The notes: generated by a model from the letters alone, not told the origin. A stretch of DNA of 64,000 nucleotides from Candidatus Omnitrophica bacterium UBA6215 (GCA_002421665.1 DISH01000001.1:5410-69409); one strand, 5' to 3'. Shown: positions 50,006-59,447, numbered from the stretch's first letter. Translations and numbers: made by a program.

Positions 50006-51384
50006 CCAATCTGGTAGACAGCCATTGCCATCTGGATTTTCCCGAATTTGATTCCGACAGGGACCTCGTCATTAAGAGGGCGGCGGATGCAGGGATAAAT
50101 AATATCATAAATGTAGCCAGCGACCTCGAAGGCTCAAGGAGGTCTGTGGCCGTTGCCGGAAAATACGATCCGGTATTTGCTTCAGTAGGCGTCCATCCCC
50201 ATGATGCGAAAGCTGCCGGTCCTTCTGCGTTGTCCGAGATAAAAGACCTTTCCGGGAGTAAAAAAGTCGTGGCTATCGGCGAAGTCGGCCTGGACTATTA
50301 CAGGAACCTCTCTCCCGCCGGCCTGCAGCAGGACGTTTTCAGGAAATTTATCCGCCTTGCAAAAGATACGGGGTTACCTTTAATAATCCATTGCAGGGAG
50401 GCCGCGGACGATGCACTGCGTATATTAAAAGAAGAAGCGGGCCCTTCGGTAAAGGGAGTGGTCCATTGTTTTCCCGCCGATGAAAAACTCCTTGAAGGCG
50501 TCCTTGCACTCGGGATGTACGTTTCTTTCACATGCAACATAACTTTCAAGAATGCCTCTAAATTGCGCGACCTTGTCAGGAACAAGGTCCCCGTGGACAG
50601 GATACTGGTGGAGACGGACGCTCCTTATCTGGCCCCCGAAGGCATGCGCGGCAAGCGCAACGAGCCCGCGTTCATGGTCAGGGCGGTCGAGGAGATCGCC
50701 GGACTAAAGGGTCTCGGGCCCGATGATGTGGCGCGGGTGACTACGTTAAATTGCGCGACCCTGTTCGGCGTAGGTAAGACCGAACGTCCTTGCGCGATAG
50801 TATACCCTATAAGGAATTCGCTTTACGTAAACCTTACCAACAGGTGCTCAAGCGCCTGTGAATTCTGTGTGACAAAATCCACGGATTTTGTCATGGGCCA
50901 TAACCTGCGCCTTAGCGGCGAACCTACGGCGGAAGATATAGTAACAGCGGTAGGCGACCCAAGACGTTATGATGAAATAGTCTTCTGCGGATACGGAGAG
51001 CCTACCCTGCGGCTCGATTGCCTGTTGGGTGTGGCGAAGGAACTTAAGAAGAAAGGTGCTAAGATACGCCTTACGACGAACGGTCACGGGAACCTTATCA
51101 ATAAGAGGCGAATAGCAGATGACCTTGCGGGGCTGATCGACCGGGTAAGCGTCAGCCTTAATGCCCAGGACGAAGAGACATATAACAGGATATGCAAACC
51201 GGCTTTCGGGCCAGGTACTTACGGTGAGGTCAAAAAATTCATAGAGGAATGCAGGGAAAAGTTGCTCGAAGTGGAAGTAACATGTGTTGATTATGCGGGT
51301 GTGGATATGGCTGCCTGCGAAAAAGTGGCGACACAGGAATTAAAGGTGAAGTTCAGGCCGAGGAGGCATAATGTTGTCGGTTGA
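50002..51384 (+). CDS. Fusion protein: TatD-family metal-dependent DNase/hydrolase (N-terminal, about 255 aa) plus a TatD-associated small radical-SAM domain (C-terminal, about 200 aa, CxxxCxxC)
   Basis: Start is ATG at 50002 (ATGA overlap with metG). The TatD part begins MTNLVDSHCHLDF and carries TatD His/Glu/Asp ligand motifs (GEVGLDY, IIHCREA, ETDAPYL). The ORF continues in-frame with no stop into NLTNRCSSACEFCV, a radical-SAM cluster motif, and a GYGEPTL glycine-rich SAM site. The track start at 49867 overlaps metG and is rejected. Confidence 0.75.
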   Translation: MTNLVDSHCHLDFPEFDSDRDLVIKRAADAGINNIINVASDLEGSRRSVAVAGKYDPVFASVGVHPHDAKAAGPSALSEIKDLSGSKKVVAIGEVGLDYYRNLSPAGLQQDVFRKFIRLAKDTGLPLIIHCREAADDALRILKEEAGPSVKGVVHCFPADEKLLEGVLALGMYVSFTCNITFKNASKLRDLVRNKVPVDRILVETDAPYLAPEGMRGKRNEPAFMVRAVEEIAGLKGLGPDDVARVTTLNCATLFGVGKTERPCAIVYPIRNSLYVNLTNRCSSACEFCVTKSTDFVMGHNLRLSGEPTAEDIVTAVGDPRRYDEIVFCGYGEPTLRLDCLLGVAKELKKKGAKIRLTTNGHGNLINKRRIADDLAGLIDRVSVSLNAQDEETYNRICKPAFGPGTYGEVKKFIEECREKLLEVEVTCVDYAGVDMAACEKVATQELKVKFRPRRHNVVG

Positions 51385-52438
51385 TGCCGCAAGCAGGTTC
51401 CTTAAAGAGAACAGGCTTTATGTCATTATGCTTGCCGTTATAGTTGTTTTCGAGGTATTCATGGTATTTTTCCCGGCCAAGGTCGAGAGAAGCGCAGGGA
51501 AGGATAAGAAAGTCCACCGTATATTGACCCCAGAAGAAGCCGCCGAAAGGGAGACCAGGATAAAAGACCTGCTTTCGACGAACAAACCTCTTGCCTTCGC
51601 GCTTTCCGGTAGCACTTTCGCGTGTTCAATAGCGCTTATGGCCGGGCTGGTAATGCTGGTCAGGCGCGTTGCCCGCAAACTTAACGGGTTCGATATAATG
51701 CCGTCCATAGGCGTTCCGCCCGATGTCAGCTGGGGAATAGTGGATATATTCAGGATAGCCGTCATATTTTATTTTTTTGGGTATCTTGTGCAAGCGATAG
51801 AATTGGGCGCAGCGACAGCGGCCGGCATCAAGCATTTGGATGAAAAGCTCTTTACCGTCATGAACGCGACCCTGATGGATGTAATAGGGCTCATGATAGT
51901 GCTGTATTTTGTCCTCAAAAAATACGGCCGGAAACTTTCCAGCCTCGGGTTAAAAGCCGGTAACATAGCCAGGGACATAAAGATCGGCCTCAGCGGCTAC
52001 CTTATGTTGATACCTATAATAGTGGTCATAATGGTCTTTGTCCTGCTGGGCCTTAGGATATTCAATTACGAACCGCCGGAGACAAGGGCGCTTGAGATGC
52101 TCTATGAGACTGACCGGCCTAAATTACTGTTCATACTTACCGGGCTGGTAACCCTGCTCGGGCCCGTTATGGAGGAGTTGTTCTTCCGGGGTTTCGCTTA
52201 CCCGGTTGTCAGGAAGAAGATGGGCGCGCGCAATGCCATAATACTTGTTTCCTTAGTATTCTCCCTGCTACACCTTAACATAGTTTCGTTCTTTCCTATA
52301 TTGGCGCTGGGTATTTTATTGGCTTACCTGTATGAGAAGACGGGTTCCATAATACCGTGCATAGCGGTGCACATAGTGCATAATACAACGGTGGTATTTT
52401 TTGTCTTCCTTTACAGGCTTATAGCTGTACCGGGTTAG
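51371..52438 (+). CDS. CPBP-family intramembrane metalloprotease (CAAX protease / Abi)
   Basis: EELFFRGF (EExxxR) and FxxxH...H motifs (LVFSLLHLN...VHIVHN) in a multi-TM protein. 14-nt overlap with the upstream gene. Confidence 0.75.
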   Translation: MLSVDAASRFLKENRLYVIMLAVIVVFEVFMVFFPAKVERSAGKDKKVHRILTPEEAAERETRIKDLLSTNKPLAFALSGSTFACSIALMAGLVMLVRRVARKLNGFDIMPSIGVPPDVSWGIVDIFRIAVIFYFFGYLVQAIELGAATAAGIKHLDEKLFTVMNATLMDVIGLMIVLYFVLKKYGRKLSSLGLKAGNIARDIKIGLSGYLMLIPIIVVIMVFVLLGLRIFNYEPPETRALEMLYETDRPKLLFILTGLVTLLGPVMEELFFRGFAYPVVRKKMGARNAIILVSLVFSLLHLNIVSFFPILALGILLAYLYEKTGSIIPCIAVHIVHNTTVVFFVFLYRLIAVPG

Positions 52439-52446
52439 AGGAACCT

Positions 52447-53472
52447 ATGGCGATCCAGACGATAAGATGGGATAAAAATTCGATAAAGATCATAGACCAA
52501 ACCCTCCTGCCAAACAGGCTCGTATACCTGAAGTTTCGTGATATAAAAAGTTTTTGGCACGCCATAAAGAAACTGCAGGTCCGCGGCGCGCCGGCCCTGG
52601 GTGTTGCGGCGGCCTACGGAGTTTACCTTGGCATAAAGGATTCCCGGGCAAAGGACCGCTCGGAATTCATGCGCGAACTCGATAAAATCATAAGGTTTGT
52701 GGGCTCATCGCGCCCGACTGCGGTAAACCTGTTTTGGGGCATGGAGAGGATGAGGGATGCCGCGTCCGCCAGCCGTTCCGCGAACGTCTCCGGGATAAAA
52801 AAAGACCTCCTCTCCGAGGCCCATAAGATATACGAGGAAGACAGGGCCATATGCAGGAAGATGGCCGAATACGGCGCGCGCCTTATAAAAGACGGTGACG
52901 TCGTACTTACCCATTGCAACGCCGGCGCGCTGGCTACGGCCGATTACGGTACTGCTTTGGGTGTACTTTACCGTGCCAAGGAAAAAGGCAGGAAGTTCAG
53001 GGTTTACGCGGATGAGACCAGGCCGCTCCTGCAGGGAGCCAGGCTGACCACATGGGAACTTATGCATGAAGGTATAGATGTGACCCTTATCTGCGATAAC
53101 ATGGCAGCGCATGTAATGGCCCGCGGCAAGATCACGAAGGTCATAGTAGGCGCCGACAGGATAACCCGCAACGGGGACGCCGCCAACAAGATAGGTACTT
53201 ACGGTGTCGCGGTCCTGGCAAAGTACCATAAGATACCCTTTTATGTCGCGGCCCCGGTCTCTACGATAGACTTCAGGATGCCGCATGGCAGCCGGATACC
53301 CATAGAAGAAAGGCGTGCCGGGGAGATAACCATGGTGGGAGGCAAGGTGCTGGCGCCGAGAGGGGTAAAGACATATTGCCCTGCTTTTGATGTTACCCCG
53401 GCCAAACTCATTACCGCGATCATTACCGAAAGAGGAGTCTTAAAGCCGAATGAGATTAGCAAGATTAGGTGA
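52447..53472 (+). CDS. mtnA: S-methyl-5-thioribose-1-phosphate isomerase (eIF-2B-like)
   Basis: IRWDKNSIKIIDQTLLP...VRGAPALGVAAAYG. 341 aa. Confidence 0.75.
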   Translation: MAIQTIRWDKNSIKIIDQTLLPNRLVYLKFRDIKSFWHAIKKLQVRGAPALGVAAAYGVYLGIKDSRAKDRSEFMRELDKIIRFVGSSRPTAVNLFWGMERMRDAASASRSANVSGIKKDLLSEAHKIYEEDRAICRKMAEYGARLIKDGDVVLTHCNAGALATADYGTALGVLYRAKEKGRKFRVYADETRPLLQGARLTTWELMHEGIDVTLICDNMAAHVMARGKITKVIVGADRITRNGDAANKIGTYGVAVLAKYHKIPFYVAAPVSTIDFRMPHGSRIPIEERRAGEITMVGGKVLAPRGVKTYCPAFDVTPAKLITAIITERGVLKPNEISKIR

Positions 53473-54376
53473 GACCGGCCTTATAGAACGTCTTGCCAAG
53501 GACCTTTCCGGGACCGGGCGCGGGCGGCCCGAGATAATAAAAGGCATAGGCGATGATTGCGCTGTTATACGGATCTCGCGCAGGAAATACCTGCTTGTCA
53601 CTATAGATATGCTTCTTGAGGACGTAGATTTCAGGATCAAAGGCACCAGCGCATACCAGATAGGATGGAAATCCCTCGCCTGCGGCCTCAGCGATATAGC
53701 TTCAATGGGCGGGACCGCGGAGTATGCCGTCGTCTCCCTCGGGCTTCCGGCAAGATTTTCCGTGGAATATATCGAGGAGCTCTACCGCGGCATAAAATCC
53801 CTGGCTAAGAAGTTCAACGTGGGCATAGTAGGAGGCGACACCAACTCGTCGGGTAAACTAGTAGTGGACGTGGCGGTCCTCGGTTTCGTTGAGCCGGAAA
53901 AAATCAAACTAAGGAGCGGAGCGAAACCCGGGGACATCATATGCGTTACCGGTTCTCTGGGGGGTTCTTACAGTAGCAAGCGCCATCTGGATTTTGTCCC
54001 CAAGCTGAAGGAAGCCCGCTGTCTCGTCGATAATTTTAAGGTGAGCTCGATGATAGATATTTCGGACGGTCTCTCGACAGACCTTAACCATATCGCGAAA
54101 GCCAGCGGCGTGGGCGCTTGTATATATGAAGAACTTATACCTGTTTCGGATGATGCGCGCGGAGTAGAAGCCGCACTGAACGAGGGAGAGGATTTCGAAC
54201 TGCTTTTTACAATGCCGCTTGCCGAAGCACGCCGGCTCGCGGTTAAGAATATCGAGGTCAGCGGGTTGAAACTGACCCAGATAGGCGAGATCCTCGACAA
54301 AAAGTCCGGGGTCAGGATAATAGGAAAGAACGGAAAGGTGAGAGAACTCAAGGCGAAAGGATTCGCGCATTTTTGA
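53450..54376 (+). CDS. thiL: Thiamine-monophosphate kinase
   Basis: AIR-synthase-like fold (GETGLIERL...GDDCAV...DMLLEDVDF). Confidence 0.8.
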   Translation: MRLARLGETGLIERLAKDLSGTGRGRPEIIKGIGDDCAVIRISRRKYLLVTIDMLLEDVDFRIKGTSAYQIGWKSLACGLSDIASMGGTAEYAVVSLGLPARFSVEYIEELYRGIKSLAKKFNVGIVGGDTNSSGKLVVDVAVLGFVEPEKIKLRSGAKPGDIICVTGSLGGSYSSKRHLDFVPKLKEARCLVDNFKVSSMIDISDGLSTDLNHIAKASGVGACIYEELIPVSDDARGVEAALNEGEDFELLFTMPLAEARRLAVKNIEVSGLKLTQIGEILDKKSGVRIIGKNGKVRELKAKGFAHF

Positions 54377-54801
54377 TGGTAATAACGACCGGAAGTGAAA
54401 AAGAGACCATAAAAGCGGGAGAAGAGATCTCGAGGCGCCTAAAACCCGGAGACATGGTAGCGCTATCGGGCGACCTCGGCGCTGGCAAGACCACTCTCGT
54501 CAAAGGTATCGCGAAGGGGCTCGGCGTCAGGGATTACCTGCACGTAAACAGCCCTTCGTTCACGTTGGTCAAAGAATACAAAGGCAGGATACCGCTGTTC
54601 CATTTCGACGTTTACCGGCTCAACAGCCTTAAGGATATAGAGGACATAGGATATGAGGATTACCTGGCCCGTGACGGAGTAGTGGTAATAGAGTGGTCGA
54701 ACAAGATGGACCGCATCCTTCCTGTCAGGCACCTGGCGATAGCCCTTAGGATACGCGGCCCGGAAAAGAGATCCCTTACGATAAAGGACATCCGCCCGTG
54801 A
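54373..54801 (+). CDS. tsaE: tRNA t6A37 biosynthesis ATPase TsaE (YjeE)
   Basis: P-loop GDLGAGKTTLVKGI. 142 aa. Confidence 0.85.
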   Translation: MMVITTGSEKETIKAGEEISRRLKPGDMVALSGDLGAGKTTLVKGIAKGLGVRDYLHVNSPSFTLVKEYKGRIPLFHFDVYRLNSLKDIEDIGYEDYLARDGVVVIEWSNKMDRILPVRHLAIALRIRGPEKRSLTIKDIRP

Positions 54802-55472
54802 AGATACTGGCGCTCGATACTTCATCAAAGTATGTTTCGATAGCCCTGGCCGACGGGGACAGGATCATCGCTTCCATCCATAAGCAGGCCGATCAAAGGC
54901 AATGCGAAGAGTTGATACCCGCCATTGATAAACTCCTCAAAAAGGCGGGGGTGAAGCTCGGGGATATAGGGTATATCGCTTTTTCCAAAGGCCCCGGATC
55001 GCTAACCTCGCTGCGAATAGGCGCGGCGACGGTCAAAGGGCTTGCTTTCACGAGGAAGATAAAGATCGTAGGTGTTCCCACGCTCGATGCTATAGCCTAT
55101 AATGCCGTGGGTGCGAAAGGGCTGATTGTTCCCGTTGTCGACGCGCGCCGTGGCAATGTTTATTGTTCGGCTTTTACGTCCGGCGCGGGCGGTCTGCGCA
55201 GGCGGATGAAATATTCAGTAATGCCGGTTGCCGAACTCCTTGGGAAGATAAAAGGCGCCGCGGTTTTTATCGGGGACGGTCTTGCCGTATACGGGGACTA
55301 TATCCGTGACAATTTCAAATACGCGGCCGTATTCGCTCCCAAAAGCGGCTGGTATTCCAGGGCGGAAACAATATCAAGGTTCGGCTATGAGATGATAATG
55401 AAGAAGGACTTTGAGGACACCGACAGGTTTACGCCTTTATATGTTTATCCGAAAGATGTACAGGTGAGATGA
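54798..55472 (+). CDS. tsaB: tRNA t6A37 biosynthesis protein TsaB (YeaZ)
   Basis: MKILALDTSS... ASKHA fold. 224 aa. Confidence 0.85.
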   Translation: MKILALDTSSKYVSIALADGDRIIASIHKQADQRQCEELIPAIDKLLKKAGVKLGDIGYIAFSKGPGSLTSLRIGAATVKGLAFTRKIKIVGVPTLDAIAYNAVGAKGLIVPVVDARRGNVYCSAFTSGAGGLRRRMKYSVMPVAELLGKIKGAAVFIGDGLAVYGDYIRDNFKYAAVFAPKSGWYSRAETISRFGYEMIMKKDFEDTDRFTPLYVYPKDVQVR

Positions 55473-56614
55473 TAAAAAGACGCCTTTTGCCCCACGAGTT
55501 TATCAGCAGGCCCACATGGACCGAGATAGACCTCGATGCCATAGCTTACAATTACCGCGTTATCAGATCGCGACTTTCCAAAGGCACGAGCGTCCTTGCC
55601 GTGGTCAAGGCGAATGCCTACGGATACGGTATGGTAGAGGTTGCGCGTCGCCTTGAAAAGGAGAATATATCATACCTGGGCGTCGCTTGTGTCGATGAAG
55701 GGATAACCCTGCGCAAGGCAAAGGTAAAGACTCCGATACTTGTGCTAAGCTCCGTGCTGCCGAAGGAAGCCGAGGCCGCGGTATATTACGACCTTACCCT
55801 GACCGTTTGCAATAAGACCCTGGCGTCTGCCATAGACAAGGCCGCGCGCAGGTTCGGTAAGCAGGCCCTTGCGCATGTCAAGGTAGATACCGGAATGGGC
55901 AGGCTCGGCGTATGGCATGACGAGGCTGACAGCCTTATCGAAGACCTGCTTGGTTTCGATAATATAACAGTAGAGGGTATATTTACGCATTTCGCGAGCG
56001 CCGACGAGGAAGATGTCCACTATACCGTAAAGCAGATAGAGAATTTCAAGCGGCTTGCTGCCGAGATGGAGATAAGGGGCCTTGAAATACAGTATGTCCA
56101 CGCCGCCAATTCCGCCGGGGCTATGCTCTATAAGGATTCGCATTTTAACATGGTCCGCCCGGGGCTTATGCTCTACGGGCTCTACCCGAGCGCCAGGATA
56201 GCTAAGACCGTAAAGCTCAAACCCGCGCTTTCCCTTAAGACGACCGTGATATACTTAAAGAATACCCCTCCGGGCAGGTTCATCAGCTACGGCAGGACCC
56301 ATATGACTACAAGGCAGACCATGGTAGCGACACTTCCCATCGGCTATGCCGACGGACTTAACCGCCACCTCTCAAACAGGGCGGATATGATAATCCGGGG
56401 CAAACGCGCGCCGATAATCGGGCGTATATGCATGGATCACACCATGGTGGATGTTACGCGCGTGAAAGGCGTAAAGGTTGGCGATGAAGTGACCGTTATC
56501 GGCAGGCAGGGAAAGCAGGAGATAACGGTAGAAGAGACAGCGGACCTGCTCGAGACGATACCATACGAAGTAGTGTGTTGGATATCTTCCCGGGTGCCGA
56601 GGGTCTATAAATAA
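55469..56614 (+). CDS. alr: Alanine racemase
   Basis: PLP-Lys motif AVVKANAYGYG. 381 aa. Confidence 0.9.
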   Translation: MIKRRLLPHEFISRPTWTEIDLDAIAYNYRVIRSRLSKGTSVLAVVKANAYGYGMVEVARRLEKENISYLGVACVDEGITLRKAKVKTPILVLSSVLPKEAEAAVYYDLTLTVCNKTLASAIDKAARRFGKQALAHVKVDTGMGRLGVWHDEADSLIEDLLGFDNITVEGIFTHFASADEEDVHYTVKQIENFKRLAAEMEIRGLEIQYVHAANSAGAMLYKDSHFNMVRPGLMLYGLYPSARIAKTVKLKPALSLKTTVIYLKNTPPGRFISYGRTHMTTRQTMVATLPIGYADGLNRHLSNRADMIIRGKRAPIIGRICMDHTMVDVTRVKGVKVGDEVTVIGRQGKQEITVEETADLLETIPYEVVCWISSRVPRVYK

Positions 56615-56627
56615 AAAAAGGGGCAGG

Positions 56628-57092
56628 ATGAAAAAGATAGGGTATATTGCAGCTTTCGCGGCGGGAGTTATAGTATGCGCCGGCAGCATCTATATCAAGA
56701 CTACGTTCGGTAAGGGACTTCCGGCCATGCGCATAACGCCGGCGGAGATGGTATGGAATGCAGACCCTAAACTTCACGGCCTCAAGACTGCGGTCCTTGC
56801 CGGGGACCCTGATGCCACGGGGCCTTTCGCGGAACGCATTGTGATACCCCCGAATACCCAGTTACCGCCGCATTCGCACAAGAGCAGGAACAGGATGGTT
56901 ACCGTAGTCTCAGGTACGATCTATTTCGGATACGGGGATAATTTCGACAAGAACGGGCTTAAGGCCCTTCCGGCGGGCAGTTTCTTTACCGAGCCCGACG
57001 GGAAACCACATTATGCCGTTACGGGCAAGGACGGTGTAGTCCTCCAGCTCGACGCGATAGGTCCGGACGGCACAAAATACACCGGGAAATGA
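56628..57092 (+). CDS. Secreted cupin-fold protein
   Basis: Signal peptide and a cupin beta-barrel region with His ligands (PPHSHKSRNRMVTVVSGTIYF). Confidence 0.5.
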   Translation: MKKIGYIAAFAAGVIVCAGSIYIKTTFGKGLPAMRITPAEMVWNADPKLHGLKTAVLAGDPDATGPFAERIVIPPNTQLPPHSHKSRNRMVTVVSGTIYFGYGDNFDKNGLKALPAGSFFTEPDGKPHYAVTGKDGVVLQLDAIGPDGTKYTGK

Positions 57093-57096
57093 CGCC

Positions 57097-58002
57097 ATGA
57101 AAAGCAAAATACTTCTGCTGGGGATCCTGTTGGCCTTTTTGTTCATCGTGTTAACCATCCTGCCGGTAAATTCGCGTTATGCCTATCCGGGCAACATGCA
57201 CATACATTACCTTGATTACGGAAGGGAGAATGCCCCGGCGATAGTATTTATCCACGGTTGGTCCTGTGACAGCAGTGTTTGGCGTTACCAAGTGGCGGGT
57301 TTGCGCAAGGATTACCGGCTTATAATGGTAGACCTTCCCGGCTGCGGGCACAGCAGCAAGCCTTCCGGTATCTCGTATACGCCCGACTACCTCGCCGAAG
57401 CGGTCAACTCCGTAATGGTGTCTGCGGGCATAAAGAAGGCCGTAATCGTTGGCCACAGCAGCGGATTTATCGTCGCGCGCCGGTTCGCGATCAAATACCC
57501 GGAGAAGGTCAGCGCTATGTGCGACGTCGACGGCGTTTACGTCAATGTATCCATGGATCCGAAGGGCTACGAAGCGGCGAGGTCGGAGATCGGGGCCTTT
57601 TTGGAGAAATTAAAGGGCAAGGACAGGCAGGAGTTCGTTCGCTGGTTCGTGAGCATGACTTTCTACGGAAAGACGCCCGAGCCGTTGCAGAAAGAGATAA
57701 TGGCCGTCATGACGAAAGCCAACGCCTATGCCGCCAACAGCGCCATGGAAGAGATGTGGCGCCCGGAAGTATGGGAACCCGTCGTCATAAAAGCGCCGTT
57801 ACTTGCCATATACGCCAAGATACCGGAACTGCCCTCCAACGAGGAAATACAACTTAAGGGTGAATTCCCGAACCTTACCTACGTAGAATGGGACGATACA
57901 GGCCACTTTCTGATGATGCAGCATCCGGAGCGGTTCAATAATCTGCTGTCGGAATTTATCAGGAATAATACAGCTTGCCCAACGGGCTCTTCGTCGCGTT
58001 AG
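57097..58002 (+). CDS. Alpha/beta-fold hydrolase
   Basis: HGWSCD...GHSSG nucleophile elbow and a C-terminal His (DTGHF). Confidence 0.8.
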   Translation: MKSKILLLGILLAFLFIVLTILPVNSRYAYPGNMHIHYLDYGRENAPAIVFIHGWSCDSSVWRYQVAGLRKDYRLIMVDLPGCGHSSKPSGISYTPDYLAEAVNSVMVSAGIKKAVIVGHSSGFIVARRFAIKYPEKVSAMCDVDGVYVNVSMDPKGYEAARSEIGAFLEKLKGKDRQEFVRWFVSMTFYGKTPEPLQKEIMAVMTKANAYAANSAMEEMWRPEVWEPVVIKAPLLAIYAKIPELPSNEEIQLKGEFPNLTYVEWDDTGHFLMMQHPERFNNLLSEFIRNNTACPTGSSSR

Positions 58003-58257
58003 GCATATCCCGTATCACGCGGGTTTAGAGCGTTCAATATTTTGGAATTCCGGCAGGATCTCGTTTTTAGCGGTAGTTGCTATCATTTTTTCGGAAATTA
58101 CCCCTTTCGTCTATCACGCTATTATAGCCAAAACACGAAATATGTCAAAATAATTCCCTTTACAAACGCCTAACCTCAATGTAAACTTTAACTTAGGATT
58201 TCAAGCCAATAGCACAAAAAACGACACTCGTCTATTAAATGTTAGGCCAATAAAATA

Positions 58258-58725
58258 ATGATAAAATTATTTATGATATTATTAATATTGATGTTTCAAC
58301 CTCTTGTCTTCGCAATAGATATTACCTTACCAAATAAACCGACAGCTGAAGAAAGTGCTTTTGTTGCAACGGTAGAAAAAGCAATCTTATCGCAGGACGT
58401 AAATACCTTGCTGTCTCTTGATGACTTCGATTATACTGATTCAAATCTGCAATGGGCTAAAAAAGTGATGAGAGAATTTTATCAAAGCACTATTTCTAAA
58501 GGTTGCCTTGCTCTTAAACTTGAGAGGGTCGATCCTAATAAAGAAACCGAATATAAAGACAAATTCGGGGCATCGATAAAAGAAAGTCTGCCCGTTCAAT
58601 GGATGCTAACTATCACTCACAAGCCTCCTTTCCCGGGTGCTAACGTAACGACGGTTCTTAAAGCGGGAAATTTGAACGGCAAGATTAGAATAACTCACCA
58701 AGTTTCAGTAGATGATGGAGCCTAA
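58258..58725 (+). CDS. Hypothetical secreted protein (155 aa) in a low-GC, codon-atypical segment
   Basis: Signal peptide MIKLFMILLILMFQPLVFA. GC is about 37%, against roughly 50% for its neighbours. I recognise no motif. Confidence 0.5.
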   Translation: MIKLFMILLILMFQPLVFAIDITLPNKPTAEESAFVATVEKAILSQDVNTLLSLDDFDYTDSNLQWAKKVMREFYQSTISKGCLALKLERVDPNKETEYKDKFGASIKESLPVQWMLTITHKPPFPGANVTTVLKAGNLNGKIRITHQVSVDDGA

Positions 58726-58862
58726 CAATTCACTCCAGCGGACTGTCCCAGCCGTCTGTTTTAAGGTGCCAGCTGCTGAGTTCAAATGTTAGAAAGAGGG
58801 AATAATAAATGACAAATAAAAGATCACTATTCCCTAAAATATCTAACCGGAGATAGGGGTCT

Positions 58863-59447
58863 ATGCCGGACCGCGATGTTGAGATATTAATAGATGTAAT
58901 TAATTTTCAATATGCCAAGATCATTACTTGCAGCGCTTTTAGATGTTCCAACGGTAAAGAGGCCAAGGAAAAATATTACGGTTTTATCAAAAATACGTTC
59001 AAGGCCTTGAGATCGGGGGAGAAGAAGTGGTCCGATATCGAGAGGGAAGACTGGCAGTTTGCGGAATCCGATAAGGAATGCGCGTATTGCGGAAGCAAAA
59101 CCCAGTTAGCCCGTGAGCACATAGTCCCGAAGTCGTTTTTAGCGAATGAGCGCTGCCCCGAATGCGATACCATACAGGCCATACACAACCAGGTCTGGTC
59201 ATGCAGGAAATGCAATTCAGGAAAGGGCACGATGGGGTTATATTCTTTTTACAAAAAAAGACTGGAAGGCGAGAAGAAGTTTTATGACTATATCCCTCCG
59301 CTGGTCGAGAAGAAATATCTAAAGACGGTTTTTTGCTGCTTTGAACGTTGCGCGAAATGTCTCAAGAAAGGGGATATGGACGGCGACGGGCAGATGACGG
59401 TGCTGGACATCGATTATGCCTTGAAATATTACGGTAAATTGCAATAA
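58863..59447 (+). CDS. HNH (His-Me finger) endonuclease-domain protein with Cys-rich segments and a C-terminal EF-hand/dockerin-like Ca-binding loop
   Basis: CAYCGS...REHIVPKS...NQVWSCRKCNSGKG is the HNH CxxC...H...N...CxxC pattern. The C-terminus CCFERCAKCLKKGDMDGDGQMTVLDIDYALKYY matches a DxDxDG loop. Confidence 0.65.
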   Translation: MPDRDVEILIDVINFQYAKIITCSAFRCSNGKEAKEKYYGFIKNTFKALRSGEKKWSDIEREDWQFAESDKECAYCGSKTQLAREHIVPKSFLANERCPECDTIQAIHNQVWSCRKCNSGKGTMGLYSFYKKRLEGEKKFYDYIPPLVEKKYLKTVFCCFERCAKCLKKGDMDGDGQMTVLDIDYALKYYGKLQ

